Shown here piece after piece: positions 30,179 to 40,920 of a DNA stretch of 64,000 bases. The stretch covers positions 1-64,000 of the forward strand of contig CAVPEB010000014.1 of assembly GCA_963702765.1 (NCBI GenBank). Reading direction: 5' to 3'. A program made the position numbers and the translations under genes. The stretch comes from an uncultured Chloroflexia bacterium. GTDB lineage: Bacteria; Chloroflexota; Ktedonobacteria; Ktedonobacterales; Ktedonobacteraceae. Under the pieces are notes generated by a model. That model was not told where the DNA came from. It did not search any database and saw only the letters and a program-made list of their open reading frames with translations. Within the stretch, counting starts at the first letter, position 1, and every line of letters starts with the position of its first letter.

Positions 30179-32557
30179 ATGATGGCCGTGAATCCAAGCG
30201 AAGAAGAGTCTATTGCGTTCTCGCATGTGACTGTTGAAGACCTATTGGCAGAGGTTAGCCAGTACTTGACTCCACATGATATGGAGACAATTCAACGTGC
30301 CTATTATGTTGCAAAACAGGCTCACCAGGGGACGGTGCGGCGCTCTGGAGAGCCATATATACAACATCCATTGGAAGTTGCGCTCTTACTAGCAGATATG
30401 CGCATAGATGCGGATAGCATAGTAGCAGCCTTGCTGCACGATGTGGTTGAAGATACTGACTTTGCCTTAGATGAATTACGGCAACAGTTTGGGGATGCGG
30501 TTGCAAACATTGTGGATGGAGTCACCAAATTCGACAGCCTGGCAGGAAATTCACTGGATCCGGCTCTTGAAATAGGGACACAAGGAGTGACTCGCCCACA
30601 GACTTTACCCTTATCGCTAGCAACGAATGCTGGAGGGCCTGGAGCTACACATACGCCTGAACAGGTGGAGCAAAAGCAACGCCTCGCGCGCGACATGAAA
30701 AAACGCCAGCGTTCAGAGACTGTGCGAAAAATGCTGCTGGCTATGGCCGAGGATCCACGCGTTGTAGTGCTCAAATTAGCAGACCGACTGCATAATATGC
30801 GCACTCTCAGTGTCATGAATCAGGCACAGCAACAAAACAAAGCTCGCGAGACACGAGAGATTTACGCGCCGCTTGCCAGGCGTCTGGGCATGGCATTGGT
30901 TCAGGCTGAATTGGAAGATCTGTCCTTTAGCTACCTGGAACCTGAAAAATATACCACTCTTGCTCGTGAAGTTGCAGAAGAGATACAAAAGCGCCAGCCT
31001 ACAATCGATAGAATTTGCCAGGCATTACAGGATGAGATGCAGAAAGCGGATATTCACGCGGAGATTCATCCCTGGCAGAAACACCTGGCCAGTATCAATC
31101 GTAAATTAGAGCAGAGTGGAGATGAACTCAGTCAGATACATGATCTTGTCTCTTATCGTATCCTGGTCGACACTATTCAAGATTGCTACCTGGCCCTGGG
31201 ACATATCCATGCATTATGGCGTCCTAAAGATGGAAGAATTAAAGATTTTATTGCTACACCCAAACTCAATGGATACCAGTCACTACATACGACAGTGTTT
31301 TGCCTGGACAATCAACTAGCGGAAATACAGATTCGCACGCATGAAATGCAGCGTATTGCTGATTATGGCATAGCCAGCTACTGGTATCTGAAAGAACGTG
31401 GCGCAGCGCGACTCTCAACTCGAGAAATGGTTGCGTGGATCGAACAACTACGTGAGTGGCAGCGTGAATTGCCACAAAATGCAGATGAGTTTGTGGAAGC
31501 TGTCAAAGGTGATATCTTTCAGGAGCAGATTTTTGTGTTTACGCCCAAGGGTGAAGTGAAAGATTTGCCACGAGGTTCGACGCCATTGGATATGGCATAT
31601 CGAATTCATACCGATATTGGCGATCATTGTGTGGGCGCACGCATTATTACTAACCTGGATGATGGGGGTCGCCTGGTAACCCGTATAGTACCCCTCGACT
31701 ATGAACTGAAAGGCGGCGAGATTGTAGATATCCTGGTGAGTGAAGAGGCACATCCGACACGCGATTGGCTTTCGTTTGCTCGTACAGCAACAGCTCGCAC
31801 AAAGATACGCCGCTACCTGAAAACATACGAGCGCGAGGTAAACCTGCAGTTGGGACGTGAACGTTTGGATCTGGCACTGAAAGCTGTTGGAGCATCGGGA
31901 TTACGTGTCGTGCATGATGAGGATCTCATTCACTTCAACTCACCAAAAAAATACAACTCTGTTGATGATCTGTATATAGCATTAGGTCGTCAGGATTTAG
32001 CGGTAGGAGAAGTACTCGAGTATCTCACACCGCTCATGCAAACGCGTGGCGAGATAAAGCCCGAGGCTGAACCAGCCGTAAATGGGCATTACCATAGTAG
32101 TGTTGGTGAATACGAGACGTCACAGGCATTTGTGAAATTGGCAAATTGTTGCTGTCCACTTCCAGGCGACCCAATTGTGGGTGTCTTGAATCCAAATAAA
32201 GGCATCATGGTGCATCGCAGTGATTGTCGAACGCTACGCCGTTACCGCGGACACGAGGCTGAACGTTTGATTGAGGTCAACTGGTTGCAAATTGAACCTC
32301 AGCACTACCTCACGCCAATCATCATCATTGCTCATGATCGGGCTGGTCTTTTACGCGATGTAGCCGCAGTCGTTGCTGATGCTGGCATCAATTTGACGGC
32401 AGTAGCCACAACGACTAATGCCTCATTGCAAAAAGCGGTAATTACAGCCACATTAGAGATTACATCGATCAATCAAATCGAGCCAATCTTCGAACGGTTG
32501 CAACAAATAAAGAATGTAGTAAGCGTTAGTCGCGATCTAGGCCGCAGAGCTGGATAG
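30179..32557 (+). CDS. rel: Bifunctional (p)ppGpp synthetase/hydrolase, RelA/SpoT (Rel) family, paralog 1 with intact HD and synthetase motifs
   Basis: HD domain (HPLEVA..LLHDVVEDT), synthetase (RIKDFIATPKLNGYQSLHTTV), TGS, ZFD (CCPLPGD) and ACT regions. Confidence 0.93.
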   Translation: MMAVNPSEEESIAFSHVTVEDLLAEVSQYLTPHDMETIQRAYYVAKQAHQGTVRRSGEPYIQHPLEVALLLADMRIDADSIVAALLHDVVEDTDFALDELRQQFGDAVANIVDGVTKFDSLAGNSLDPALEIGTQGVTRPQTLPLSLATNAGGPGATHTPEQVEQKQRLARDMKKRQRSETVRKMLLAMAEDPRVVVLKLADRLHNMRTLSVMNQAQQQNKARETREIYAPLARRLGMALVQAELEDLSFSYLEPEKYTTLAREVAEEIQKRQPTIDRICQALQDEMQKADIHAEIHPWQKHLASINRKLEQSGDELSQIHDLVSYRILVDTIQDCYLALGHIHALWRPKDGRIKDFIATPKLNGYQSLHTTVFCLDNQLAEIQIRTHEMQRIADYGIASYWYLKERGAARLSTREMVAWIEQLREWQRELPQNADEFVEAVKGDIFQEQIFVFTPKGEVKDLPRGSTPLDMAYRIHTDIGDHCVGARIITNLDDGGRLVTRIVPLDYELKGGEIVDILVSEEAHPTRDWLSFARTATARTKIRRYLKTYEREVNLQLGRERLDLALKAVGASGLRVVHDEDLIHFNSPKKYNSVDDLYIALGRQDLAVGEVLEYLTPLMQTRGEIKPEAEPAVNGHYHSSVGEYETSQAFVKLANCCCPLPGDPIVGVLNPNKGIMVHRSDCRTLRRYRGHEAERLIEVNWLQIEPQHYLTPIIIIAHDRAGLLRDVAAVVADAGINLTAVATTTNASLQKAVITATLEITSINQIEPIFERLQQIKNVVSVSRDLGRRAG

Positions 32558-32586
32558 ATGTTTATTCATTCTTTTTACATGATATA

Positions 32587-35046
32587 TTGGAAATTTTTAT
32601 GATAAATACGTCCTTACATACTCAATTTGCAGCGGATGACACGACAACAAAGCAGGCGCAACAGTTACTCGAAATTGTAGAGCAGTATATGCCTCCTGCT
32701 GATGTTGAGCAGGTTTCGAGAGCGCTTCAGCTTGCTCGCGAAACCTGCGAAGGTGTTCGAGGTGAGAGAGCTATTCCCCCATTAGAACACGCCCTGGCTA
32801 TAGCAACAATTCTAGCTCAAATCATGCATATAGACGCGGTTGGTGTGGCATCCGGCCTTATCTTCGAAGCTGTCGATTCCGATCTGCTTCCACTTGAGGA
32901 TGTTGAAACCAAGCTTGGAATTCCAGTTGCGCGTGTCGTGGGAAGTATGCTCCGCATGAACATACTAGAGCGCAAAAAGCGCGTTGGAGCTCAATTGATT
33001 ACTCCTGAGAAAGCTGGCGTGCCGAACGCAGGTGCAGGTGAGAACGAAAGTAACCGCGAACAGAAGAAGCAGCGAATACGCGAAGCGTTGCGGCGCCAGC
33101 AAGCTGAGACCGTCAGGAAAATGTTTTTCGCTATGTCAGAGGATCCCCGTGTCGTCTTGCTCAAACTGGCATATCGATTACATGCAATGCTGATGATATC
33201 AGCACATAGATCTTCCGCAAGCCAACAGGAAATGTTGACGATGGCCGAAGAGACGCGCGAAATTTATGCACCTCTGGCGGGACGACTGGGAATGTCGATT
33301 GTGGAAAGCCAGTTGGAAGACCTGGCATTTGAAATCCTTGAACCCGACAAGTACGAGTGGGTACGCAGCGAAGTGGAGGCAGAAAGCAAACAATGGCGAT
33401 CGTATGTAGATCGGGTCTGCGCCGTCTTAAGCGAAGAAATGCAGAAGCTTGGTTTGCATGCTGTGGTCTCCGGACGAGTGAAGCACCTGTACAGTTTTTA
33501 TAAGAAATTACAACGCAATGCTGGAGATGTTGAACGGTTGGAAGATCTGAAAGCTGCCGCCGATTTTAGTCAGATCCACGATATCATAGCGTTCCGTATT
33601 CTGGTAGATTCAACGCCTGAATGTTATGTCGCGCTTGGCCATGTGCATAGCCTGTGGAAGCCTAAAGATGGGCGTATCAAGGATTTTATCGCAAATCCTA
33701 AACCGAATGGCTACCAGGCATTGCATACGACGGTTTTTTGCCTGGATGATCAGCTTGTAGAAATTCAGATCCGCACTTTTGCTATGAACGAGATGGCGGA
33801 ACATGGTGTAGCGATGCACTGGCATTATAAGGATGTCGGGGACCGTGCTACAGCTTCTGCTAAAGAACTGCTCACATGGTTACGCCAGCTCACAGACTGG
33901 CAACGAGAATTACGGTCTGCTACCGCCAATGATACCGAATTTGTCGAAGCCGTCAGAGATGAAATTTTTCAGGAGCAGATTTTTGTGTTTACGCCGAAAG
34001 GCGAGGTCAAGGATTTGCCCGTTGGTTCGACTCCGCTTGATTTTGCGTATCGCATCCACACAAAAGTTGGAGACAAGTGTGCAGGAGCGCGTGTAATCAC
34101 CGAGAGTGGGAGCGGTGATAACGAGCGGCTTGTGACACGTATGGTTCCTCTGGACTACGAGTTGAAGAGTGGAGAGATTGTCGATATCGTCACGAGCCGC
34201 TCGGCTCATCCAACTCGGGACTGGCTGAATTTTGCCCGTACTGCGGCGGCAAAGAGCAAAATTCGGCGTTATCTCAAAATACATGAGCGAGATATCAATA
34301 TCCAGATTGGGCGAGAGCGGTTGGACCGCGAACTCAAAGTGATGGGCGTTCGTGGCGTCGACATGCTGACTGAAGATGCGCAAAACTGGTTGACCCATGA
34401 GTACCACAAAGAGTCATTTGAAGATGTGCTGGCCGCTATTGGGTGGGATGACATTCGACAGCATGGCGTTGCAGTGAAACTCGTCGATTTCTGGCAACAA
34501 CGCGAGCAGAGAGACGGCAAAGAGGTAAAAGAGGAAGAGGAACCACTTACTCTGCCTGGAATCAGCAAACAATTGCCCTCGGCTCATTTGCAGGTGGCAG
34601 GTGTCAGTGGATTGCTAACCAGCCTGGCGAACTGTTGTTGCCCTCTACCCGGAGATGAAATTGTGGGCTTCATTAGTCGCGGGAAGGGCGCGATTATTCA
34701 TCGTGCCGACTGTAAAAATATTGGCCGTTATCGCGAACGCGAACGCGAACGATTGGTGAACGTGAGCTGGACGACAATGGGCTACCAGCATTATCTTGCT
34801 CCTGTGCTGATTACCGCTCGCGATCGTTCAGGGTTGATTCGTGATATTGCAACGGTTGTCTCTGAAATTGGTGTCAACATGGCTTCTGTAAGCTCAAATG
34901 TCAGTCTGGGCAAGGAGACAGCTGTTATCAGCGCCACACTTGAGATCGATGGGTTGGAGCAGTTGCAGCGCGTGTTCACTCGACTTGAGAAGGTCAAAGG
35001 CGTCATGCATGTCGAGCGGGATCTAGGGAAGAGTAAAAAGCGATAA
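32587..35046 (+). CDS. RelA/SpoT-family paralog 2: degenerate HD hydrolase domain (HD replaced by FE) but intact synthetase; probably synthetase-only
   Basis: ..GLIFEAVDSD.. where paralog 1 has ..LLHDVVEDT..; the synthetase motif RIKDFIANPKPNGYQALHTTV is conserved. Confidence 0.88.
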   Translation: MEIFMINTSLHTQFAADDTTTKQAQQLLEIVEQYMPPADVEQVSRALQLARETCEGVRGERAIPPLEHALAIATILAQIMHIDAVGVASGLIFEAVDSDLLPLEDVETKLGIPVARVVGSMLRMNILERKKRVGAQLITPEKAGVPNAGAGENESNREQKKQRIREALRRQQAETVRKMFFAMSEDPRVVLLKLAYRLHAMLMISAHRSSASQQEMLTMAEETREIYAPLAGRLGMSIVESQLEDLAFEILEPDKYEWVRSEVEAESKQWRSYVDRVCAVLSEEMQKLGLHAVVSGRVKHLYSFYKKLQRNAGDVERLEDLKAAADFSQIHDIIAFRILVDSTPECYVALGHVHSLWKPKDGRIKDFIANPKPNGYQALHTTVFCLDDQLVEIQIRTFAMNEMAEHGVAMHWHYKDVGDRATASAKELLTWLRQLTDWQRELRSATANDTEFVEAVRDEIFQEQIFVFTPKGEVKDLPVGSTPLDFAYRIHTKVGDKCAGARVITESGSGDNERLVTRMVPLDYELKSGEIVDIVTSRSAHPTRDWLNFARTAAAKSKIRRYLKIHERDINIQIGRERLDRELKVMGVRGVDMLTEDAQNWLTHEYHKESFEDVLAAIGWDDIRQHGVAVKLVDFWQQREQRDGKEVKEEEEPLTLPGISKQLPSAHLQVAGVSGLLTSLANCCCPLPGDEIVGFISRGKGAIIHRADCKNIGRYRERERERLVNVSWTTMGYQHYLAPVLITARDRSGLIRDIATVVSEIGVNMASVSSNVSLGKETAVISATLEIDGLEQLQRVFTRLEKVKGVMHVERDLGKSKKR

Positions 35047-35089
35047 AAAAGAGTGCGTTTGTGTCATTGACACAAACGCACTCTTTTTT
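35045..35089. terminator. Bidirectional intrinsic terminator (near-perfect 18-bp hairpin flanked by A-tract and T-tract)
   Basis: aaaaaagagtgcgtttgtgtcattgacacaaacgcactctttttt, between convergent paralog 2 and the sigma factor gene. Confidence 0.85.
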
Positions 35090-35096
35090 ATCTGTA

Positions 35097-36317
35097 TTAG
35101 CCGCGCAACCGCTCAAGTACAGGTGGCTGACGTAGCTTAGCAAGCGCTCCTGCCTCAATCTGCCGCACGCGCTCGCGTGTAATACCCAGTTCGCGTCCCA
35201 CCTGTTCCAGTGGATGAGCCTGACTATTGCCAAGGCCAAAGCGCAACTGTAGGACAAGACGCTCGCGAGGAGTCAATACGGATTCAAGCACGCGCTGAAC
35301 TTCATCCTTTAATGTCTGAGTTGTAGCTATATCCTCAGGTGATGCAGACTCTGTATCGGCAAGCACATCTCCCAATTCTTGCTCCTCATCCTCGCCAACA
35401 GGTAACTCTAACGAGATAGGAGCACCGGGAGCAGATTGTAATTCAACCATACGAATAGGATCCAGGCCTGTTGCCTCTGCCAACTCTTCTTCAGTAGGTT
35501 CACGGCCAAGCTCCTGCAAAAGGCGCTGGCGCTCTCTGCGGATGCGGTTTAAAGCAGTATTTACATAGACAGGAAGACGAATAGTCCGGCCTTTATCAGC
35601 TACGGCCCGGCTGATTGCCTGGCGAATCCACCATGTAGCATGTGTAGAGAATCTATGGCCACGCCGCCAATCATAGCGTTGCACCGCGCGGATCAAGCCA
35701 ATGTTCCCTTCCTGGATAAGATCGAGCAAGGTAAGGCCACGTCCAACGTAACGCTTGGCAATACTGACTACCAGTCGCAGATTCGCTAGAATAAACTGTT
35801 TCATGGCCTCGCGATCACCCATTTCAATGCGCTTCGCAAGCTCGATTTCGCGCTCGTGCGTAATCATGGGGACACGCCCAATCTCTCGAAGGTAGGTCAT
35901 TACCGCGTCTGATTCACCTGCATCAGTTGAATTAACAGCATTCTCGTCTTGATCTTCTGAACGACGCCTGCGCATGGCAACACGCCTGATAGGGGGTACA
36001 TCATCTGCTACGATTTTTGGCAGAGCCAGTATAGGGGGATTCTCAAGGTCTGGTGTGGTCGGCAATTGGGTGAGATCTTCATGTGTATCTGACAATTCTT
36101 CTAATTCAAGAGGACCTGTATCCATATTAGCGATATCCTCTTCAAACTCCTGTTCGTCTTTGCCAACGTTCTCTATGTCTTCGTCGTTATATTCGAGATC
36201 TTTTGTTAGCAACCGATCGACAATTTCATCGCATTGCTTCGTAAGATCGGTATTTTCTGTGTCTGTACCATCCAGAACAAGTGGGGTTCTTGTAGTGGCA
36301 TTCTCTAATTCAATCAT
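35097..36317 (-). CDS. rpoD: RNA polymerase sigma-70 factor, group 1/2 (RpoD/SigA-like) with acidic N-terminal region
   Basis: Regions 1.2-4 conserved (..[44 protein letters not shown]..); GGAGGG RBS. Confidence 0.88.
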   Translation of the reverse strand: MIELENATTRTPLVLDGTDTENTDLTKQCDEIVDRLLTKDLEYNDEDIENVGKDEQEFEEDIANMDTGPLELEELSDTHEDLTQLPTTPDLENPPILALPKIVADDVPPIRRVAMRRRRSEDQDENAVNSTDAGESDAVMTYLREIGRVPMITHEREIELAKRIEMGDREAMKQFILANLRLVVSIAKRYVGRGLTLLDLIQEGNIGLIRAVQRYDWRRGHRFSTHATWWIRQAISRAVADKGRTIRLPVYVNTALNRIRRERQRLLQELGREPTEEELAEATGLDPIRMVELQSAPGAPISLELPVGEDEEQELGDVLADTESASPEDIATTQTLKDEVQRVLESVLTPRERLVLQLRFGLGNSQAHPLEQVGRELGITRERVRQIEAGALAKLRQPPVLERLRG

Positions 36318-36661
36318 TTTGCGCCCTCCATGAACAGTAGCATCTTAAGCAGCAAGATAGCAATCTCCTCTGTCGGTTCGATCCTATACTCAGGGAAAGT
36401 AAACCTTGGATCTGGACACTGTAACTGAGTACCGAGTTGGGAGGAAGTTATAGACGCACACAATTCTGTCTCTCTATCCTCTAAAGTAAACACAGAAAGA
36501 ACAGAAAATATTCCTTCGATACTCTAATTATAACGCAAATACCTCTTTTCATCAACCGATACAGCTATGAATGCACTTCAATTCCAAAATGAGAGCATTA
36601 TGCTATACATATCGTCCCTGGTAACAACATAGATACTTCTATAGATTCATACGTTTCAGAC

Positions 36662-37396
36662 TCACAAAAGTGGCAAGTTGCCAGATGGCTTCGTAGAAAC
36701 CTCAGCATTCGCACTCATGGGGACTTCCTCAAGGTCACTCTGAGCGCCTTCTTCAAGGCTGGCATCTTTCGCATTCGCCTGTTTCAAAATGCGCGCATTC
36801 TTGATCAAACGCGATACTAATATAATGACTATCAACAGGCTCAGAATTAAAAATGAGGAATAACCAAGTACATCGCCTACGGCTTCCCAACTCGCTCCAA
36901 AGACATAACCAAGCATGAGTGGAATAATTGCACCCAGGGCTTCTCCAGAGCTGTCAAAAAGGAGAAAGTAACGATAGGGATAGAGTTCTGAGCCAGAGAG
37001 CAAATTGATAATACCACCTAATGCCGAGAAGAGAAAACGACTCAAAAAAATTGCCCACCCGCCACGAAGTCGAAAATATTGGCGGGATTGCACAATTCGC
37101 TGTGGTGGGATAAGGCGGTTCCACCTTTTTGAACGCTCGATCCAGTTCAGGGCTCTGCTGCCCCAGATGCGACCAATCCAATAACCAGTATTGTCCCCAC
37201 ATATCAATGCACTAAAGGAGACAACAAAAAGAAGTGCAAGATTGAAATCACCCAGCGCTGCGAAGGCTCCCGCGGCTAGCAATAAGAGTGTGATGGGAAT
37301 TGGAATGCCAACGGCTGCCACATAGACGGTGATCCAGAGCGCAATATATCCATAAGTCTGAAGGAAAGTGAGTAAAAGAGATAGAAGATTGCTCAC
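36662..37396 (-). CDS. DedA/SNARE-associated (TVP38) family membrane protein
   Basis: DedA core ..GDNTGYWIGRIWG.. Confidence 0.8.
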   Translation of the reverse strand: MSNLLSLLLTFLQTYGYIALWITVYVAAVGIPIPITLLLLAAGAFAALGDFNLALLFVVSFSALICGDNTGYWIGRIWGSRALNWIERSKRWNRLIPPQRIVQSRQYFRLRGGWAIFLSRFLFSALGGIINLLSGSELYPYRYFLLFDSSGEALGAIIPLMLGYVFGASWEAVGDVLGYSSFLILSLLIVIILVSRLIKNARILKQANAKDASLEEGAQSDLEEVPMSANAEVSTKPSGNLPLL

Positions 37397-37701
37397 GTCA
37401 TACTCCTTTCCAATGCAAGCAAGGCATTGACATGCAATTTGGAAAAGGAAAGACGATGAGGATTTTGTTTTCGATAGGTCTTGATAGCTGTTTGAATATC
37501 CCTGATGATGCTATCGACTGATCGATTATAGCGCACAGCCAGAGTACGAAGAGGAACATGGGCAACAGGCTTGGTATCAGTGACGTTTAAGGACCCAACC
37601 AAATATCCCTCGGGAACAGAGTAGACACGAGATATATAGTGGATGGTCATCCAGGGCTGGATGGCATTAACATCACCCTGAAGCCGCGAGCGAACGAGCA
37701 A
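37393..37701 (-). CDS. Hypothetical protein, translationally coupled to the downstream DedA gene
   Basis: ORF overlaps the DedA start by 4 nt. Confidence 0.35.
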   Translation of the reverse strand: MLVRSRLQGDVNAIQPWMTIHYISRVYSVPEGYLVGSLNVTDTKPVAHVPLRTLAVRYNRSVDSIIRDIQTAIKTYRKQNPHRLSFSKLHVNALLALERSMT

Positions 37702-37863
37702 GCTGAAAACGCTGTATTGCGCGTACGGTCTGAAAAGCGCAGAATATCGTTGCGCCCAGTGCCAGGCATAATAGTATGCTTGTTACAAAGAGTCTGGAGC
37801 GTATACCCACTAGTTGCACTACTTCCTCAGTAAAAATTCGTGATGCAATAATTCGAGCCGTGG

Positions 37864-37960
37864 GGCACCAGGACAGCGCAAGCACCCCGACTTCTCACGT
37901 CCGCATATGTGAGGCACCAGGACAGCGCAAGCACCCCAACACCACATCCTCACAGCCCCT
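37864..37960. repeat. Two tandem copies of family C repeat (ggcaccaggacagcgcaagcacccc ...) in the intergenic region
   Basis: Direct sequence; copies at 37864-37888 and 37913-37937. Confidence 0.7.
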
Positions 37961-38043
37961 GTCCCTACATCTGGATGCCGACGGTGATACCATCGGAAAG
38001 CTATCACTTGACGTTGCAGGGTGTCTCCTCTAGAATAGCAGAC

Positions 38044-38493
38044 ATGGATATTTCTACGCAACTCTTACACGTCGCAATCAAACGCATTGATACAGACTTA
38101 CCGCTACCTACCTACGCTACAGCAGGTTCGGTTGGTTTTGATTTGATGTGTCGTGAAGAAACAGAGATTGCCCCACGAACGGTGGAGCTTATCCCCAGCA
38201 ATGTCATTGTAAAGATACCTGCTGGTTATATGCTGATGCTAACGTTGAGAAGTAGCACGCCGCTGAGAAAAGGGTTACTCATTCCAAACGGTGTCGGCAT
38301 CATCGACCAGGATTATTGCGGAGAGGGAGATGAGTTGAAGGTGCAGGTCTTTAATTTCCGAGAGGAAGCTGTGACGGTTACACGTGGAGAACGTATTGCC
38401 CAGGGGATCTTCATCCCTGTCATGAGTGTTCGATGGCATGAAGTCGATGAAATGGGTCAGGGGAGAGGTGGTTTCGGAAGTACGGGTATATAA
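38044..38493 (+). CDS. dut: dUTP diphosphatase
   Basis: Conserved dUTPase motifs (..AGSVGFDL.., ..GVGIIDQDY.., C-terminal GGFGSTG). Confidence 0.9.
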   Translation: MDISTQLLHVAIKRIDTDLPLPTYATAGSVGFDLMCREETEIAPRTVELIPSNVIVKIPAGYMLMLTLRSSTPLRKGLLIPNGVGIIDQDYCGEGDELKVQVFNFREEAVTVTRGERIAQGIFIPVMSVRWHEVDEMGQGRGGFGSTGI

Positions 38494-38831
38494 TGTTGGA
38501 TTATTACGCTATTCTTGAAGTCTCATCTTCAGCAAGCACTTCTGAAATCAAAAAGTCGTATCGCCGCCTTGCCCGTCTCCATCATCCCGACCTGAATCAG
38601 GATGCTCGTGACACTCAGATCAAACGCCTCAACGAAGCCTATGAAGTGTTGCGCGACCCGAAAAAACGCGCAGCTTACGATATGCAGCGCAGGGAGAAGC
38701 AACAACAAGCAGAAGCACAGGCAGCATTCGTACGCAGCCAGCAGCAGGTCAAGCGAGAACCAAAAATGACATGGATCGAAGGAATTATTGGCTTTGTCAG
38801 AGAATTAAGAAAGGAGTTGAAAGACGAGTAA
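38493..38831 (+). CDS. J-domain (DnaJ-like) protein, small, with Gln/Ala-rich tail
   Basis: DYYAILEV..KKSYRRLARLHHPDLN..AYEVLRDPKKRAAYD. Confidence 0.85.
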   Translation: MLDYYAILEVSSSASTSEIKKSYRRLARLHHPDLNQDARDTQIKRLNEAYEVLRDPKKRAAYDMQRREKQQQAEAQAAFVRSQQQVKREPKMTWIEGIIGFVRELRKELKDE

Positions 38832-38949
38832 TTAGCATGGCTGCCATAGATGCACTGCCTCGTCACTCGCTGACGCAATATACTGCCCATCACTCGACCA
38901 GGCAACAGTTCGTACCCACCGCGTATGACCCCTATACATGCTGACCATT

Positions 38950-39726
38950 TTACCGGAAATAGCTTCCCAGATCATGCACAGTTGTATCATCACCACCAGA
39001 GGCAATATACTTGCTATCAGGTGACCAGGCTAACGATTTCACAGCATTGTTATGACCTTTATAGATGCACATGCTCTTCCCTGTAGCGGCTTCCCACACC
39101 TGAATTGTCTTGTCCTCACCACCAGAGACGATATAAGCGCCATCTGGAGACCAGGCGATTGCGTAGATCGGGCTGGAAGAAGTTCCGTACTTTATAAGAT
39201 TGAAGCCGGTCAATGCATCCCAGGTTTGTACTGATCCATCGAAACTTCCAGAGGCAATACGTTTTCCATCAGGCGACCAGGCGATGCCAAATATTCTATA
39301 TTGCTGAGTGTGAGTATACAGGCGATTGCCGCTAAAAGCAGCCCATACTTGCACTGTGCTATCCCCATATTCCCCACCGGATGCTATATATGAGTTATCA
39401 GGCGACCAGGCGACGCTACGCACGAATCTCGTGTGACCATGGTATGAGACCAGGTCACTACCCGTACTGCTCTCCCACACCTGCACAACACCTCCTGTAT
39501 CGCCACTGGCAATAGAATTACCGTCGGGCGACCAGGCGACCGAGAGCAGGTATGAAGCATGCCCCCGATAGATGCAGTGAACATGTCCTGTATATGCATC
39601 CCAGACGTGGACGGTCTTATCTCTTGACCCGGAAGCTATAGAGGCACTATCAGGAGACCATGCAACTGCAAATACATTGTCAGAATGGCCATGATAGACG
39701 AATAAGGGGGTCTCAATGGGCATCAT
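38950..39726 (-). CDS. WD40-repeat beta-propeller protein
   Basis: Six to seven repeats of ..SVAWSPDG..IASGS.D.TV.VW. Confidence 0.9.
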   Translation of the reverse strand: MMPIETPLFVYHGHSDNVFAVAWSPDSASIASGSRDKTVHVWDAYTGHVHCIYRGHASYLLSVAWSPDGNSIASGDTGGVVQVWESSTGSDLVSYHGHTRFVRSVAWSPDNSYIASGGEYGDSTVQVWAAFSGNRLYTHTQQYRIFGIAWSPDGKRIASGSFDGSVQTWDALTGFNLIKYGTSSSPIYAIAWSPDGAYIVSGGEDKTIQVWEAATGKSMCIYKGHNNAVKSLAWSPDSKYIASGGDDTTVHDLGSYFR

Positions 39727-40212
39727 TTAGTGTTCCCGGGGTCCCTCGATAAGCAGATTGACGGCATGGGGCAATACAGGTAGAACATACTCAAGGCACT
39801 CTTTTACTGCTTTAGGGCTACCCGGGAGATTGAGAATGAGTGTACGGCCGCGCGTGCCTGCGATGCCTCTGGAAAGCATGCCAAACGGGGTATGTTGGAG
39901 ACTGACTGCACGCATAGCTTCGGCTAATCCAGGAGCTTCGCGGTCGATGACAGCTCTTGTTGCTTCTGGTGTGACATCCCGCGGGGCCAATCCTGTTCCA
40001 CCTGTGGTGATTATGAGATTGAGATGCTTATCATCACTCCATTCGCACAATGTGCCTTCAATCAGATCGCGTTCGTCGGGGATAATGGCGCCAGCGCTAA
40101 TGACGGCTTCAGGTAGTTGCATGACCATTTCGCGGATCTTTTCGCCACTGGTATCCTGTCTCGCGCCTTTGGCCCCGCTATCACTGATAGTAAGCACTCC
40201 AATGGTAATCAC
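39727..40212 (-). CDS. moaB: Molybdenum cofactor biosynthesis protein B (MoaB/MogA family)
   Basis: ..ITTGGTGLAPRDVTPEA.. and the GxPG motif. Confidence 0.8.
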   Translation of the reverse strand: MITIGVLTISDSGAKGARQDTSGEKIREMVMQLPEAVISAGAIIPDERDLIEGTLCEWSDDKHLNLIITTGGTGLAPRDVTPEATRAVIDREAPGLAEAMRAVSLQHTPFGMLSRGIAGTRGRTLILNLPGSPKAVKECLEYVLPVLPHAVNLLIEGPREH

Positions 40213-40243
40213 AAAAGCATTCCTCTATCCCTGATATGAGCAA

Positions 40244-40903
40244 TCATCGCGCAGCCAATTCTCGCATAATAGCTCCAATCTGGCGGCGCGATCCAAACAT
40301 CCAGACGGTAAATTCATCGGTCAGATCTTCCACCTCGATCTGGCATTGCATTTCTTGAGCAAGTTTGCGTGCTATATGCAGGAACTGCCCGCGTTCGGCG
40401 CTGTCACGACTATAGGTATTCAATGCAATTCTGCCAAGGCGCTCTTCCTGACTCAAGACTGCATTGATAAGCACATGCAATTGATCCGTACCAAAGACAA
40501 CTTGCAATGGCGGGATTTCCTGGGCCTGGTCTGATAGGTATACAGCACCTTGCATGCTATCATTTTCTCGGCCATTCCCATTGTTAGAGTGTTCTTCGCT
40601 ATCGCCCACAATGGATGTATAGACGTCGCTCAATTTATCAAGAATCATGAGCCTTGCTTCTTCTGGCACGTCGTTGCGCGGGTACACATATGCAAGTAGC
40701 TTATGGGCTGAATCAGAGTAGATAAATGGGCGCGAGATAGCAGATCGCCTCCCGCAGGCGGGACACGAGGAAACATTCAACAGGCCAGCCAACACGGTGT
40801 ATTGCAACTGCGGGTCTGTCGAAACGTTGACGTATTCATAAATTTTGCTGTCAAACACCTCACCACAAGGGCAGGTGAGCGTGTGATTGGTTGAACGAGA
40901 CAT
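40244..40903 (-). CDS. CpXC-domain protein
   Basis: Two CPxCG motifs (TCPCGE.., SCPACGR..). Confidence 0.55.
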   Translation of the reverse strand: MSRSTNHTLTCPCGEVFDSKIYEYVNVSTDPQLQYTVLAGLLNVSSCPACGRRSAISRPFIYSDSAHKLLAYVYPRNDVPEEARLMILDKLSDVYTSIVGDSEEHSNNGNGRENDSMQGAVYLSDQAQEIPPLQVVFGTDQLHVLINAVLSQEERLGRIALNTYSRDSAERGQFLHIARKLAQEMQCQIEVEDLTDEFTVWMFGSRRQIGAIMRELAAR

Positions 40904-40920
40904 ACTACGTTTTCTCTAGG

